This document shows, one piece after another, positions 1 to 8,249 of a stretch of 32,000 nt of DNA. Each line of letters begins with the position of its first letter. Positions within the stretch are counted from its first letter, which is position 1. The position numbers and the translations under genes are program-made. Under the pieces are notes generated by a model, which worked only from the letters and a program-made list of their open reading frames with translations, had not been told where the DNA came from and ran no database searches. Source of the DNA: Pseudoalteromonas translucida KMM 520 (GTDB lineage Bacteria > Pseudomonadota > Gammaproteobacteria > Enterobacterales > Alteromonadaceae). Where the stretch lies: positions 2,850,001 through 2,882,000 of the forward strand of contig NZ_CP011034.1 in NCBI RefSeq assembly GCF_001465295.1. Direction: 5' to 3'.

Positions 1-240
1 AACTATAAACTGTGGAATATCGACATCAACTTTGTGCTGCACAATAACGCCAATCGCGCCATTTTGTTTCGCTTGGGCAATAAACTTATGACCATCAAAA
101 TTTGGCCCTTTTAGTGCTAAAAACACTTCACCACTGCAAATGCTGCGAGTATCTGTATTTATATTTAGCACTGGTTGATTATCACCTTGATAATCGGTTG
201 CTAGCACGTTAGCTAGCCAATCAAAATCCATCGGGATCAT
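1..240 (-). CDS. murF: UDP-N-acetylmuramoyl-tripeptide--D-alanyl-D-alanine ligase MurF, N-terminal 80 codons; gene continues beyond window start
   Basis: Hand translation of the minus strand from ATG at 240..238 gives MIPMDFDWLANVLATDYQGDNQPVLNINTDTRSICSGEVFLALKGPNFDGHKFIAQAKQNGAIGVIVQHKVDVDIPQFIV, open to position 1. It has the MurF-like N-terminal pattern (DSR..G.vFlAlkG...DGH.F). ATGA overlap with the murE stop; canonical position after murE. Confidence 0.85.
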   Translation of the reverse strand, partial: MIPMDFDWLANVLATDYQGDNQPVLNINTDTRSICSGEVFLALKGPNFDGHKFIAQAKQNGAIGVIVQHKVDVDIPQFIV

Positions 241-1715
241 GCTTGAGTCCCTCTTACTGCTTTTTTTAGTTGTTGTTGTACGTAACGGCGATCGCAAAAG
301 TCGATGCGCTGATCACCTATTATTTGATAGTCTTCATGGCCTTTACCTGCAATAAGAATAACTTCGTCTGCTTTGGCATTGTTTATTGCGTAACTAATAG
401 CTGTTGCTCTATCGGCCTCTAAATAAGCTTTTGTTGGCTGCGCTAAACCTTGTACTACATCGGCAATAATGGCGTCAGGGTTTTCTGAACGCGGATTATC
501 ACTGGTAATAATAACCTTATCTGCATTTTGCTCTGCCGCTTGTGCCATTAATGCCCGCTTGCCTTTATCACGGTCGCCACCACAGCCAAATACACAGCTT
601 ACTCCACCAGGTACATGCTGCTGTAATGCTTGCAGCGCAAGCGCAAGCGCCTCGGGTGTGTGAGCGTAATCAACAATACAGGTTGGCTTGCCTTTGGCGC
701 TAAATGCTTGCATGCGCCCAGCTACCGGTTGCAATTGCACGCAGCCTGCAATTAATTGTTCTAGCGGATAACCTAGCCCTAATAAAGTTGCAAGTGCCGC
801 AGTTAAATTATATAAATTAAATTCGCCAAATAACGGCGACTCAATGGCAATATCGCCCCAGCTTGTAGTTAATTGTGCTGCTATGCCTTGCGCTGAATAA
901 GTAACGTTTGAAAAGTACACAAACTGTGCATTTTTAGGTGGTAAGTTTTTTCGCCCGTAACACACTAAAGTGTTAAAGCTGTATTTTTCGAGCCATTGAT
1001 CTGTTTGTCCATCATCTTGATTAAGAACCACAAGTTCAGGCTCAAAGTCTTTAAACAACATTAGCTTGGCATCACCATAACGCGCCATGTCACCATGGTA
1101 ATCGAGGTGATCCCGCGATAAATTAGTAAATACCGCCGCTTTAAATTGACACTGTGCAACCCGCAGCTGTACTAATCCGTGGGATGACACTTCCATCGCC
1201 ACCAGCTTGGTATTTTGCTGTTTTAAATCATTTAAAATTCGTTGTAAATCAACCGACGATGGCGTGGTATTTATTAGTGGTGTTAAGTTATCTGGATGAC
1301 CATAGCCTAAGGTGCCAATAATGGCCGACTGGCTGTTACAAAACTGCGCTAAATGAGCAATCATAGCTGTGGTGGTCGATTTACCGTTTGTACCTGTCAC
1401 ACCAATTAAATCAAGCATGTGGCTTGGCTGCTGGTAAAAGCGACTCGCCAACTCAGGGAGCTTTTTAGTTAGCTCTGACACTAAGTAAAGTGGCTCAAAG
1501 CTAGTTTCAAATTCACATAGTCTGTCGGCAATAATTGCAACCGCGCCATTTTCAATTGCCTTAGCAATAAATTGTCCGCCATCTAATTGATGACCTTTAA
1601 TTGCCACAAATACGTCACCGGGCGTTACTTCTCGGCTATCAAGGCGTAAGTGCCCTACTAGTTGCGAGGGGGCATCTATCTCTATATATTTTAAAATCGC
1701 TTTTAAATCACGCAT
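237..1715 (-). CDS. murE: UDP-N-acetylmuramoyl-L-alanyl-D-glutamate--2,6-diaminopimelate ligase MurE
   Basis: 492-aa ORF with the Mur ligase P-loop GVTGTNGKSTT and the DNPR motif (TSDNPRSE). Lies between ftsI and murF as in the dcw cluster. Confidence 0.96.
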   Translation of the reverse strand: MRDLKAILKYIEIDAPSQLVGHLRLDSREVTPGDVFVAIKGHQLDGGQFIAKAIENGAVAIIADRLCEFETSFEPLYLVSELTKKLPELASRFYQQPSHMLDLIGVTGTNGKSTTTAMIAHLAQFCNSQSAIIGTLGYGHPDNLTPLINTTPSSVDLQRILNDLKQQNTKLVAMEVSSHGLVQLRVAQCQFKAAVFTNLSRDHLDYHGDMARYGDAKLMLFKDFEPELVVLNQDDGQTDQWLEKYSFNTLVCYGRKNLPPKNAQFVYFSNVTYSAQGIAAQLTTSWGDIAIESPLFGEFNLYNLTAALATLLGLGYPLEQLIAGCVQLQPVAGRMQAFSAKGKPTCIVDYAHTPEALALALQALQQHVPGGVSCVFGCGGDRDKGKRALMAQAAEQNADKVIITSDNPRSENPDAIIADVVQGLAQPTKAYLEADRATAISYAINNAKADEVILIAGKGHEDYQIIGDQRIDFCDRRYVQQQLKKAVRGTQA

Positions 1716-3525
1716 CGTTCTCTTTACCTTTTACGTACGCTACCTCTTCCTTATCGGGCGCTACGTTTAATATTCTTAATGCGTTAGAGACGATCTCTGC
1801 AAATGCAGGGCCAGCAGTGGCACCTCCATAGTACACATCGCCGCCGGGTTCGTTAATCATCACTACCACTGCTAATCTAGGATTACTCGCAGGTGCAATA
1901 CCGGCAAAGTAGCCTACATATTCATCACCGTAGCCACCAACAGCTGCTTTTTTAGAAGTACCTGTTTTACCAGCAGCACGATAACCATCCACGTTAATTC
2001 TGCGCGCTGTACCATCTTTTTCAAATACACTTTCCATCATGTGTACAACCGCTTCTACGTCTTTTTGTTTAAAAACACGCTCCCCTTCAGGGATGTCATC
2101 TTGCTTTAAAATAGTTAATGGACGATTAATTCCGCCTGCGCCTAACATGGTGTAAAAACGTGCCATTTGCGCGGTACTTACCGCAATAGCATAACCAAAT
2201 GATAATGTAGCAATTTCAAAGTCAGACCAACGGCGATTTGGGTAAAATAAACCACTGCTTTCACCCACCATCCCGGTGCCAGAATCCGATCCAAATCCTA
2301 CCTTTTGAAATAATCCCACTAAATAATCTTTGGGTACCAACTGAGTTACTTTAGCAACGCCCATATTTGAGGAATATTTTAAAATTTCGCGCAGCGTCAT
2401 CTCACCGTGGTTACGGGTATCTTGTACTAAGCTGCCGCCTAATCGCATCCAACCTGGGTAGGTGTCAATGGTGTCATCGGCCTTAATTGCGCCGTAGTCT
2501 AGCCCAGCTAAAATGGCTAGAGGCTTAACGGTTGAACCTGGTTCAAACAAATCTGTAATAGCACGGTTACGGCGCTTATGCGGGGCTGCGTCATTTAAGT
2601 TATTAGGATTAAACGATGGGCTATTTACCATAGCCAATACTTCGCCAGTTTTAACATCAACCACCATGGCAGAGCCAGATGTGGCTTTATAAGTAAGCAC
2701 TGCCGATTTTAGCGCTTTGTAAGCAATACCTTGAATGCGCTGATCAATACTTAAGTGAATGCTTTCGGGCTCTACACGCTCTCGCTCGTCAAGTACTGCA
2801 ACTTCACGGCCTTGGGCGTCTTTACGAATTGTACGACGGCCTTCCTCACCTGTGAGGGCATTTTCGTAAAGCTTTTCTATACCTTCAATACCCTTACCAT
2901 CAATATTTGTGAAGCCAATAATATGCGCAGTTACTTCGCCTGCGGGGTAATAGCGTTTTGACTCATCAAGTAAATGAATGCCTGGTAGGCGCAAATCACC
3001 AATGTAATTTGCCACTGCAGGGGTTACTTGGCGCTTTAAATATACAAAGCGGCGCGTTGGATCGTTTAACAAGCGGGAGTTTATTTTTTTAGGTTCTAAA
3101 CGTAAAACATCGGCAAGCTCACGCCAGCGCAAATCGTTTTTATAATAAAGTGCAGTACGCTTATCTAGCTCGGCAGTATTTTCTGCTAATGCCAGATGAT
3201 CTTCACCATTTTTACGTGCTTGCCTTAGTACTTTAGATACCAATGATTTGTGCAGGGCTTTGGGGTCTGCATACACACTTACTACAGGTACACTTACCGC
3301 TAACTCTTTACCATTGCGGTCAAATATCATGCCTCGTTGCACATGCAATTTTTCAACTCGCACGGTACGCTTATTACTTTCTGAGCGGGCTTTATCTGGT
3401 TCTAATATTTGCAAATAAGCAGCACGAGCTACCAGTGTTACAAACACTAAAAACACCACTGCGCAAACTAAAGTAAAGCGCCATGTGATTAAATTATTAG
3501 CCGGTTTTTTGCCGCGAGTTCTCAT
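1708..3525 (-). CDS. ftsI: Peptidoglycan D,D-transpeptidase FtsI (PBP3)
   Basis: 605-aa ORF with an N-terminal membrane anchor and the penicillin-binding motifs STVK (GSTVKP), SSN (YSSNMG) and KTG (GKTGTS). 8-nt overlap with murE; follows ftsL. Confidence 0.96.
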   Translation of the reverse strand: MRTRGKKPANNLITWRFTLVCAVVFLVFVTLVARAAYLQILEPDKARSESNKRTVRVEKLHVQRGMIFDRNGKELAVSVPVVSVYADPKALHKSLVSKVLRQARKNGEDHLALAENTAELDKRTALYYKNDLRWRELADVLRLEPKKINSRLLNDPTRRFVYLKRQVTPAVANYIGDLRLPGIHLLDESKRYYPAGEVTAHIIGFTNIDGKGIEGIEKLYENALTGEEGRRTIRKDAQGREVAVLDERERVEPESIHLSIDQRIQGIAYKALKSAVLTYKATSGSAMVVDVKTGEVLAMVNSPSFNPNNLNDAAPHKRRNRAITDLFEPGSTVKPLAILAGLDYGAIKADDTIDTYPGWMRLGGSLVQDTRNHGEMTLREILKYSSNMGVAKVTQLVPKDYLVGLFQKVGFGSDSGTGMVGESSGLFYPNRRWSDFEIATLSFGYAIAVSTAQMARFYTMLGAGGINRPLTILKQDDIPEGERVFKQKDVEAVVHMMESVFEKDGTARRINVDGYRAAGKTGTSKKAAVGGYGDEYVGYFAGIAPASNPRLAVVVMINEPGGDVYYGGATAGPAFAEIVSNALRILNVAPDKEEVAYVKGKENDA

Positions 3526-3848
3526 TGTAGTATTATCACCTGCTCATCTTGGCTGGTTGGCCGTTTCATTTTTAACTGCGATATAGCAACTTCTTCAATG
3601 CGTGCATGCTGAGAGTAAAACTCTTCTTCTACTAATAAGTAACGCCACTCTAAATCTAATTCGTCGCGTTGTTGCAGTAACGAGTCTTGCTCGATAAGTT
3701 GCCCTCGCGCAAGGTGCGTTATTTGCACCAAAGTTAAACTAGAAGCGAGTATCACAACCAATAAGGCCGAGGTAAGCTTATTAGCACCTAGGCCTTTAAT
3801 TATTTCAAAAAATAAATTAGGTTGACGATAGCTCGCTTTTTTATTCAT
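3522..3848 (-). CDS. ftsL: Cell division protein FtsL
   Basis: 108-aa ORF with one TM segment ([17 protein letters not shown]) followed by a Leu-rich coiled-coil region. 4-nt overlaps with rsmH and ftsI; canonical dcw position. Confidence 0.9.
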   Translation of the reverse strand: MNKKASYRQPNLFFEIIKGLGANKLTSALLVVILASSLTLVQITHLARGQLIEQDSLLQQRDELDLEWRYLLVEEEFYSQHARIEEVAISQLKMKRPTSQDEQVIILQ

Positions 3849-4783
3849 CCCAGCCTCTGTGCAATCCTAAGTACAGAGCTACGTGAGCGTGGATTACGCT
3901 CTACTTCTGCAGCGCTTGGCTTAATGGCTTTACCCACAGCTTTTAGTGTCAAATTTTGATTTATTTGTGCGTCAGTTAAAGGCAAGCCTCGAGGTAGCGC
4001 CTCGCCACGACTTTGCTTTCTAATAAACTGTTTTACAATACGGTCTTCTAAAGAGTGAAACGAAATAACAACTAAGCGACCACCTGGCTTAAGCACTTTA
4101 ATCGCAGATTGTAATGCTGTTTGAATTTCTTCTAACTCACTATTTATATAAATGCGAATAGCCTGAAAAGTACGTGTGGCTGGGTGTTTAAATTTATCTT
4201 TAACCGGTACCGCTTCATCCACTAAATCGGCAAGCTGCTTAGTAGTAGTAATTGGCGTATGTTCGCGAACTTCCAGCACTTTGTGCGCAATGCGTTTGCC
4301 AAACTTTTCTTCCCCTAGTTTTTTAATAACATGGGTAATATCGTCAAGTTCAGCTTCGGCTAGCCACTGCGCAGCACTGCGCCCTGTGGTTGGATCCATG
4401 CGCATATCTAGCGGGCCATCTTTCATAAAGCTAAAGCCACGCAGTGCGTCATCAAGTTGTGGCGAGGACACGCCAATATCAAGTAAAATCCCATCAACCT
4501 TGCCAATCAGATCGTTTTGCTCAGCCACGTCATATAGGTTTGAAAAGCGTGTATGAGCAATTGCAAAGCGTGGATCATCTGCAAATTTTTCAGCCGATTT
4601 AATTGCTTGTGGATCTTGATCTATGGCCTGTAGGCGACCTTCACTACCAAGGCGCGCTAATATTTGACCTGAATGACCGCCACGTCCAAAAGTGCCATCC
4701 ATGTATATACCGTCTGGCTTAATTGCAAGTGCATCTATGGTTTCGTCCATAAGCACGGATACGTGTTCAAATTGTGCTGTCAT
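3845..4783 (-). CDS. rsmH: 16S rRNA (cytosine1402-N4)-methyltransferase RsmH (MraW)
   Basis: 312-aa ORF with the SAM-binding motif [10 protein letters not shown] and the DLGVSS-like motif [11 protein letters not shown]. Positioned between mraZ and ftsL. Confidence 0.96.
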   Translation of the reverse strand: MTAQFEHVSVLMDETIDALAIKPDGIYMDGTFGRGGHSGQILARLGSEGRLQAIDQDPQAIKSAEKFADDPRFAIAHTRFSNLYDVAEQNDLIGKVDGILLDIGVSSPQLDDALRGFSFMKDGPLDMRMDPTTGRSAAQWLAEAELDDITHVIKKLGEEKFGKRIAHKVLEVREHTPITTTKQLADLVDEAVPVKDKFKHPATRTFQAIRIYINSELEEIQTALQSAIKVLKPGGRLVVISFHSLEDRIVKQFIRKQSRGEALPRGLPLTDAQINQNLTLKAVGKAIKPSAAEVERNPRSRSSVLRIAQRLG

Positions 4784-4811
4784 TAGCTATTGTTTGCCTT
4801 TTATTGTGCCG

Positions 4812-5270
4812 TTAGAGTGTAAAATTATCTAAATCTGGGTGTGGTTCAAAATCACCAAGCCTTTCAAGCTCTGTATCTTGACGCATTTGCTGATGCCAAC
4901 GCGCTTCATCCCATATTTCAAATTTATTCATTAAACCAACTAGCATGATTTTTTTGCCAAGATCTGCATGGGCGCGCAACGAAGGCGCTAGCAAAATCCG
5001 GCCATTTTTATCAAGTTGATATTCAGTAGCATTACCCAACAACATGCGCTGCATACGACGGGCTCGTGGGTTCATATTAGATATTTTTGCTAAGCGGCTT
5101 TCTATTTCTTGCCATTGTGCCAATGGATACAACCATAAACACGGCTCATTTAATGCGACGGTACAAATAACCGTTCCCTGATCTTCAGACAATAGATCAT
5201 CTCGGTACTTAGTGGGTACCGCAAAACGTCCTTTATCATCCAAACTCAGCGAACTTGCGCCACGAAACAT
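4812..5270 (-). CDS. mraZ: Transcriptional regulator MraZ
   Basis: 152-aa ORF starting MFRGASSLSLDDKGRFAVPTKYRD, with a duplicated SpoVT/AbrB-type DxxxR-containing half. First gene of the dcw cluster. Confidence 0.95.
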   Translation of the reverse strand: MFRGASSLSLDDKGRFAVPTKYRDDLLSEDQGTVICTVALNEPCLWLYPLAQWQEIESRLAKISNMNPRARRMQRMLLGNATEYQLDKNGRILLAPSLRAHADLGKKIMLVGLMNKFEIWDEARWHQQMRQDTELERLGDFEPHPDLDNFTL

Positions 5271-5319
5271 AAAAAGCCTACTTTAAAATTGTTTTAATCA
5301 ACACTTTTGATTAATCCGA

Positions 5320-5354
5320 TCCATTTTGATCCACTATAAACCACTTTTTACCAC
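5320..5354 (-). promoter_or_regulatory. Putative MraZ operator: four direct repeats GTGGT / GTGGT / GTGGA / ATGGA with exact 10-bp phasing
   Basis: Minus strand reads GTGGTaaaaaGTGGTttataGTGGAtcaaaATGGA. Plus-strand pentamers sit at 5350-54, 5340-44, 5330-34 and 5320-24. The array lies just downstream of the predicted Pmra -10 and about 50 nt upstream of the mraZ ATG. It resembles the phased direct repeats (TGGGN with 5-nt spacers) bound by E. coli MraZ. Confidence 0.6.
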
Positions 5355-5362
5355 AGTGCTCC

Positions 5363-5392
5363 AGTTTAGGGCTTGACAAGCCTTTTTGTCAA
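5363..5392 (-). promoter_or_regulatory. Putative Pmra (dcw cluster) sigma-70 promoter
   Basis: Minus strand has TTGACA (5392..5387), an 18-nt spacer, then TAAACT (5368..5363). The -35 box lies in one arm of an 8-bp inverted repeat, cttgacaa-N6-ttgtcaag (5372..5393). Confidence 0.5.
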
Positions 5393-5762
5393 GTAATCAG
5401 GCTTCCTTTAACGCGTCTCAAAGCCAGAAAAAATAAGGCTTAGCGTAAAGCGGTTGAATTAAGTGGGAAAAAATGGAATATCTTAGATACTTTTTTATCA
5501 TCATTTTAAGTAACCTTTCGTTTACACTTTTTGTTTACTGAATAACCAGTGAATGATTACAAATTTTAAGGCGTGATTTAGCCATTTGTAAAATTTACTC
5601 AATTACATGGCAATTGTTACGACTCAAGTTAAAGCCAGCCAACCGAAAAATAAATATATCGATATAAATCATATGGTTAAACTTATTTTAAAGTTGGTTT
5701 GATCATTGCAACTATAAATTCACCAATAAATTTTTTAACTTTATTTTTATTAAGGATTGATT

Positions 5763-6089
5763 ATGGCTACTGCAACAAATACTAAAACATCAACAACTAC
5801 AGCGACTAAACCTGAAGTTAACGAAGCGCCCTTTACAGAAAAAGCAACATCGGCTGCACACGACGCAGTAGATGCACTTTCTAGTAAAGCAGCCGTAGCA
5901 GAAAGCAGCGTAAGAAAAGGGGCAACTAGCTCGGCAGAAACACTGAGTGAAAAGCAACTCATTGCCCGTGAAAAACTAGGTGAATATACCTCTAAAACAC
6001 GCACCCTTGCCGCAGAAAACCCATTAGCAACAGCTGGGATCGCGTTTGCTGCAGGTATGCTAGTAACTGCATTGTTTCGTCGTAAGTAA
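5763..6089 (+). CDS. DUF883 (ElaB/YqjD/YgaM) family C-tail-anchored membrane protein
   Basis: 108 aa from ATG 5763, with RBS AAGGA at 5752-5756 (the ORF-track TTG at 5757 is less likely). Ala/Ser/Thr-rich hydrophilic body and the family-typical C-terminus NPLATAGIAFAAGMLVTALFRRK. Confidence 0.85.
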   Translation: MATATNTKTSTTTATKPEVNEAPFTEKATSAAHDAVDALSSKAAVAESSVRKGATSSAETLSEKQLIAREKLGEYTSKTRTLAAENPLATAGIAFAAGMLVTALFRRK

Positions 6090-6092
6090 ACA

Positions 6093-6551
6093 ATGATGAA
6101 TAATCCACAAACAACAGCGACCAAGGATGGTGACGCTCAAAATCAAACGGCCCAAGGCGCGAGCCAAAAGGAAGATTGGCAAGATCATATTGCTAAGCTT
6201 TTAGCCTATTCTGAGCAAATTAAGGATGACTACAAAACGCAAGGCAAACTTACCAAACAATTAGCAAAAGCTGAGTGGCATTTGTCGCTCAGATCACTTG
6301 CACTCATTACTATACTTTTGGGTTGTTTTGCTAGCGGTTTGATTTTGTTGTGGATTGTTTTATTGGGCGCAATTGGCTTTGGAATTTATGAGTTATTTTC
6401 CTCAGTATGGCTAAGTATAGCGATCGCAACTTTACTACAAGTTATAGGCTTAATTTGGCTTTGGAAAAGTGCTATTTATTTAAGTAACAAAATTGGCTTT
6501 AGTAAAACATTACGTAGCTTAAAACAGTTATTTAACCTGAACTCTGGTTAA
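6093..6551 (+). CDS. YqjE-like (DUF1469 / holin-3_6-like) two-TM inner membrane protein
   Basis: 152-aa ORF starting 3 nt after the DUF883 stop. Hydrophilic N-terminus, then two long TM segments (LALITILLGCFASGLILLWIVLL and VWLSIAIATLLQVIGLIWLW) and a basic tail. Architecture and position match yqjE following yqjD in E. coli. Confidence 0.65.
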   Translation: MMNNPQTTATKDGDAQNQTAQGASQKEDWQDHIAKLLAYSEQIKDDYKTQGKLTKQLAKAEWHLSLRSLALITILLGCFASGLILLWIVLLGAIGFGIYELFSSVWLSIAIATLLQVIGLIWLWKSAIYLSNKIGFSKTLRSLKQLFNLNSG

Positions 6552-6751
6552 AAGATTTACTAACGTACTGAATCATAGCTATATTTAAATTTATTTTCTC
6601 TAGCCAGAGATTTTCAGTGAAAACAAGGCGAATTTACGCGTCAATAGCTGGCCTATTGCAAGTAAATACAACGCTGTTAGCGCTTAAAATAGCTGCTTGA
6701 GGTAGATTTATTATCCAAAGTTCAGGTTATTTAACCTTCAGGGAGATAACA

Positions 6752-6994
6752 ATGCTGGTTAACTATTTAATTCAGTCGCCAAACAAAGCGGTCAATAATC
6801 TAAGTAAACAAATGGACTTACAAAGTGAATTAAAACGCCAACATCATATGGCGTTTAAGTACAGATTAAAACGCTTTGCGGTTACCAAAGTGGGTATTTC
6901 AAGCGCATTTTTAGCCGGTGCTGTTGTGCAGGCTGGTAGTACTAAATCTGGTTTAATAAAAAAATATGCTTGGCTAGCAAGATTATTAGCTTAA
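6752..6994 (+). CDS. Small membrane protein, possibly YqjK-like
   Basis: 80-aa ORF with a good RBS (GGGAGA, 7 nt before the ATG). Charged N-terminal half (QMDLQSELKRQHH) followed by one hydrophobic segment (VGISSAFLAGAVVQAG). It is the third gene of a yqjD-yqjE-yqjK-like arrangement; family assignment is tentative. Confidence 0.5.
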   Translation: MLVNYLIQSPNKAVNNLSKQMDLQSELKRQHHMAFKYRLKRFAVTKVGISSAFLAGAVVQAGSTKSGLIKKYAWLARLLA

Positions 6995-7005
6995 TGAATA
7001 AAACC

Positions 7006-7036
7006 AGTGCCGCGCAATAAATAATAGCGCAGCACT
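7006..7036. terminator. Hairpin between convergent genes (YqjK-like / pirin), probable bidirectional terminator
   Basis: agtgccgcgc-N11-gcgcagcact pairs at 9 of 10 positions. The minus-strand reading is followed by the U-rich tract tggttttatt. Confidence 0.45.
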
Positions 7037-7090
7037 AATTAATAGCTTTAGCCTTTGTTAAGCTGCTTAATTGATCATAAATCGGCAGTT

Positions 7091-7933
7091 CTAAATATTT
7101 CCAAACTCACCGTTTTGATAATCACGAATAGCTTGCTGAATTTCGGCTTCAGTGGTCATTACAAATGGCCCCATATGAGCAATTGGTTGTTTAAGCTCAT
7201 CACCAGCTAAAATAAGCACACCGGCTTCTTGCTCTGTATATAAGTCAATGTCACTACCGGGTTCTAGTATTAACAGCTGTTTTGCTGCAATAACGTTACC
7301 TGCTTGCGTAGTTAACGAACCGGTATGAATATATAGCATCACTTTTTGCTGGCTCAGTGGTGGCAACTCAAAACGCTGTCCTGCAGGCAAAGTTACATCA
7401 GCTAAAGCGGCATTTGCAGCGAGCGTTTGTAGGCTTGATATTAAAGCCTGATCGGCAAACTGCCATGTGCCTGCCAATGCTTTGAGTGTTACCCCATTAT
7501 CATTGATGGCAACTGGCGCAGGGTGCGCTGTTGTATCTTGGTAAATTGGTGCCCGCATTTTTTCTGCACTGGGCATATTGATCCATATCTGAAAACCATG
7601 TAACCCTTCATTGGCATCTGTCAGTGGCATTTCACTGTGCATTACCCCTTTACCTGTACTCATCCATTGTACATCGCCTGCTTTTATGGCCTTTTTATTA
7701 CCCATTTGGTCACGGTGTTCAAAGCCACCTTTAATAATATAGGTAAAGGTTTCCATACCACGATGAGGATGCGCAGGAAAACCGCCAATGTAATCATTTT
7801 TATTATCTGACTTTAGTTCGTCAATCATTAAAAAGGGATCTAGATACTTGCCATCAAAACCTGGTATTCTACTAATATTAACGCCATCACCATCTTGGGT
7901 TGCGTGCGCACTTAGTTGTTTAATTACTTTCAT
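7091..7933 (-). CDS. Pirin family protein (bicupin, YhhW/quercetinase-like)
   Basis: 280-aa ORF with the cupin metal-binding motif PAHPHRGMETFTYI (HxH...E) and a pirin-like C-terminal half ending PFVMTTEAEIQQAIRDYQNGEFG. Confidence 0.92.
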   Translation of the reverse strand: MKVIKQLSAHATQDGDGVNISRIPGFDGKYLDPFLMIDELKSDNKNDYIGGFPAHPHRGMETFTYIIKGGFEHRDQMGNKKAIKAGDVQWMSTGKGVMHSEMPLTDANEGLHGFQIWINMPSAEKMRAPIYQDTTAHPAPVAINDNGVTLKALAGTWQFADQALISSLQTLAANAALADVTLPAGQRFELPPLSQQKVMLYIHTGSLTTQAGNVIAAKQLLILEPGSDIDLYTEQEAGVLILAGDELKQPIAHMGPFVMTTEAEIQQAIRDYQNGEFGNI

Positions 7934-8249
7934 TTTATTGCTCCAATAAAGTAGATAACACTATTTAAGCACACTAAAAATTTACGTATATATGTTTAAT
8001 TCGTACCATTTATTCTTTTTAAACGAATTTTAGTTTTTATCCTGAAACATTACAGTTTGCTATAACCGTTATTAAATGGCTTGCTGTTAAAGTAGTTATT
8101 ACAGCTGAGTTTTGTTTAATAAGTAACACTTTAATCCTTATTATTTATATGGTTATTAAACAAAAAGTTAGCTACAATTATTTTTGGTGTAAATCTCTTA
8201 TTAAGGCATTATTATTTTTACCACTTCACTTAAAAATCAGCTTTACCGT

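Noticed and set aside
5373-5378. Plus-strand TTGACA (other arm of the Pmra palindrome) as a divergent promoter for the DUF883 operon
   Set aside because: No acceptable -10 lies at 16-18 nt; the best is TAATCA at 15 nt. It sits about 385 nt from the DUF883 start. More likely it is just the symmetric arm of the inverted repeat.
5750-6124. 124-aa minus-strand ORF exactly mirroring the DUF883 gene
   Set aside because: The plus-strand gene has an RBS and the diagnostic DUF883 C-terminal anchor. Its Ala/Thr/Ser-rich (GCN/ACN) codons naturally keep the antisense frame open. The antisense ORF has no RBS and would run into the mraZ-side intergenic region.
6711-6719. DnaA-box-like TTATCCAAA
   Set aside because: A single 8-of-9 match with no cluster of boxes and no AT-rich unwinding element, and the context is not an origin or the dnaA region.
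6691-6723. Second sigma-E-like motif on the minus strand (GAACTT-N17-TCAAG) in the yqjE/yqjK-like spacer
   Set aside because: The spacer is 17 nt rather than 16 and the -10 is partial. It points antisense into the upstream gene with no downstream terminator or ORF. One such hexamer hit is expected by chance in the amount of sequence examined.
7998-8029. 7-bp inverted repeat aattcgt-N18-acgaatt in the pirin / GGDEF-EAL divergent intergenic region
   Set aside because: Short arms in very AT-rich DNA and no adjacent regulator gene. Indistinguishable from chance without conservation data.
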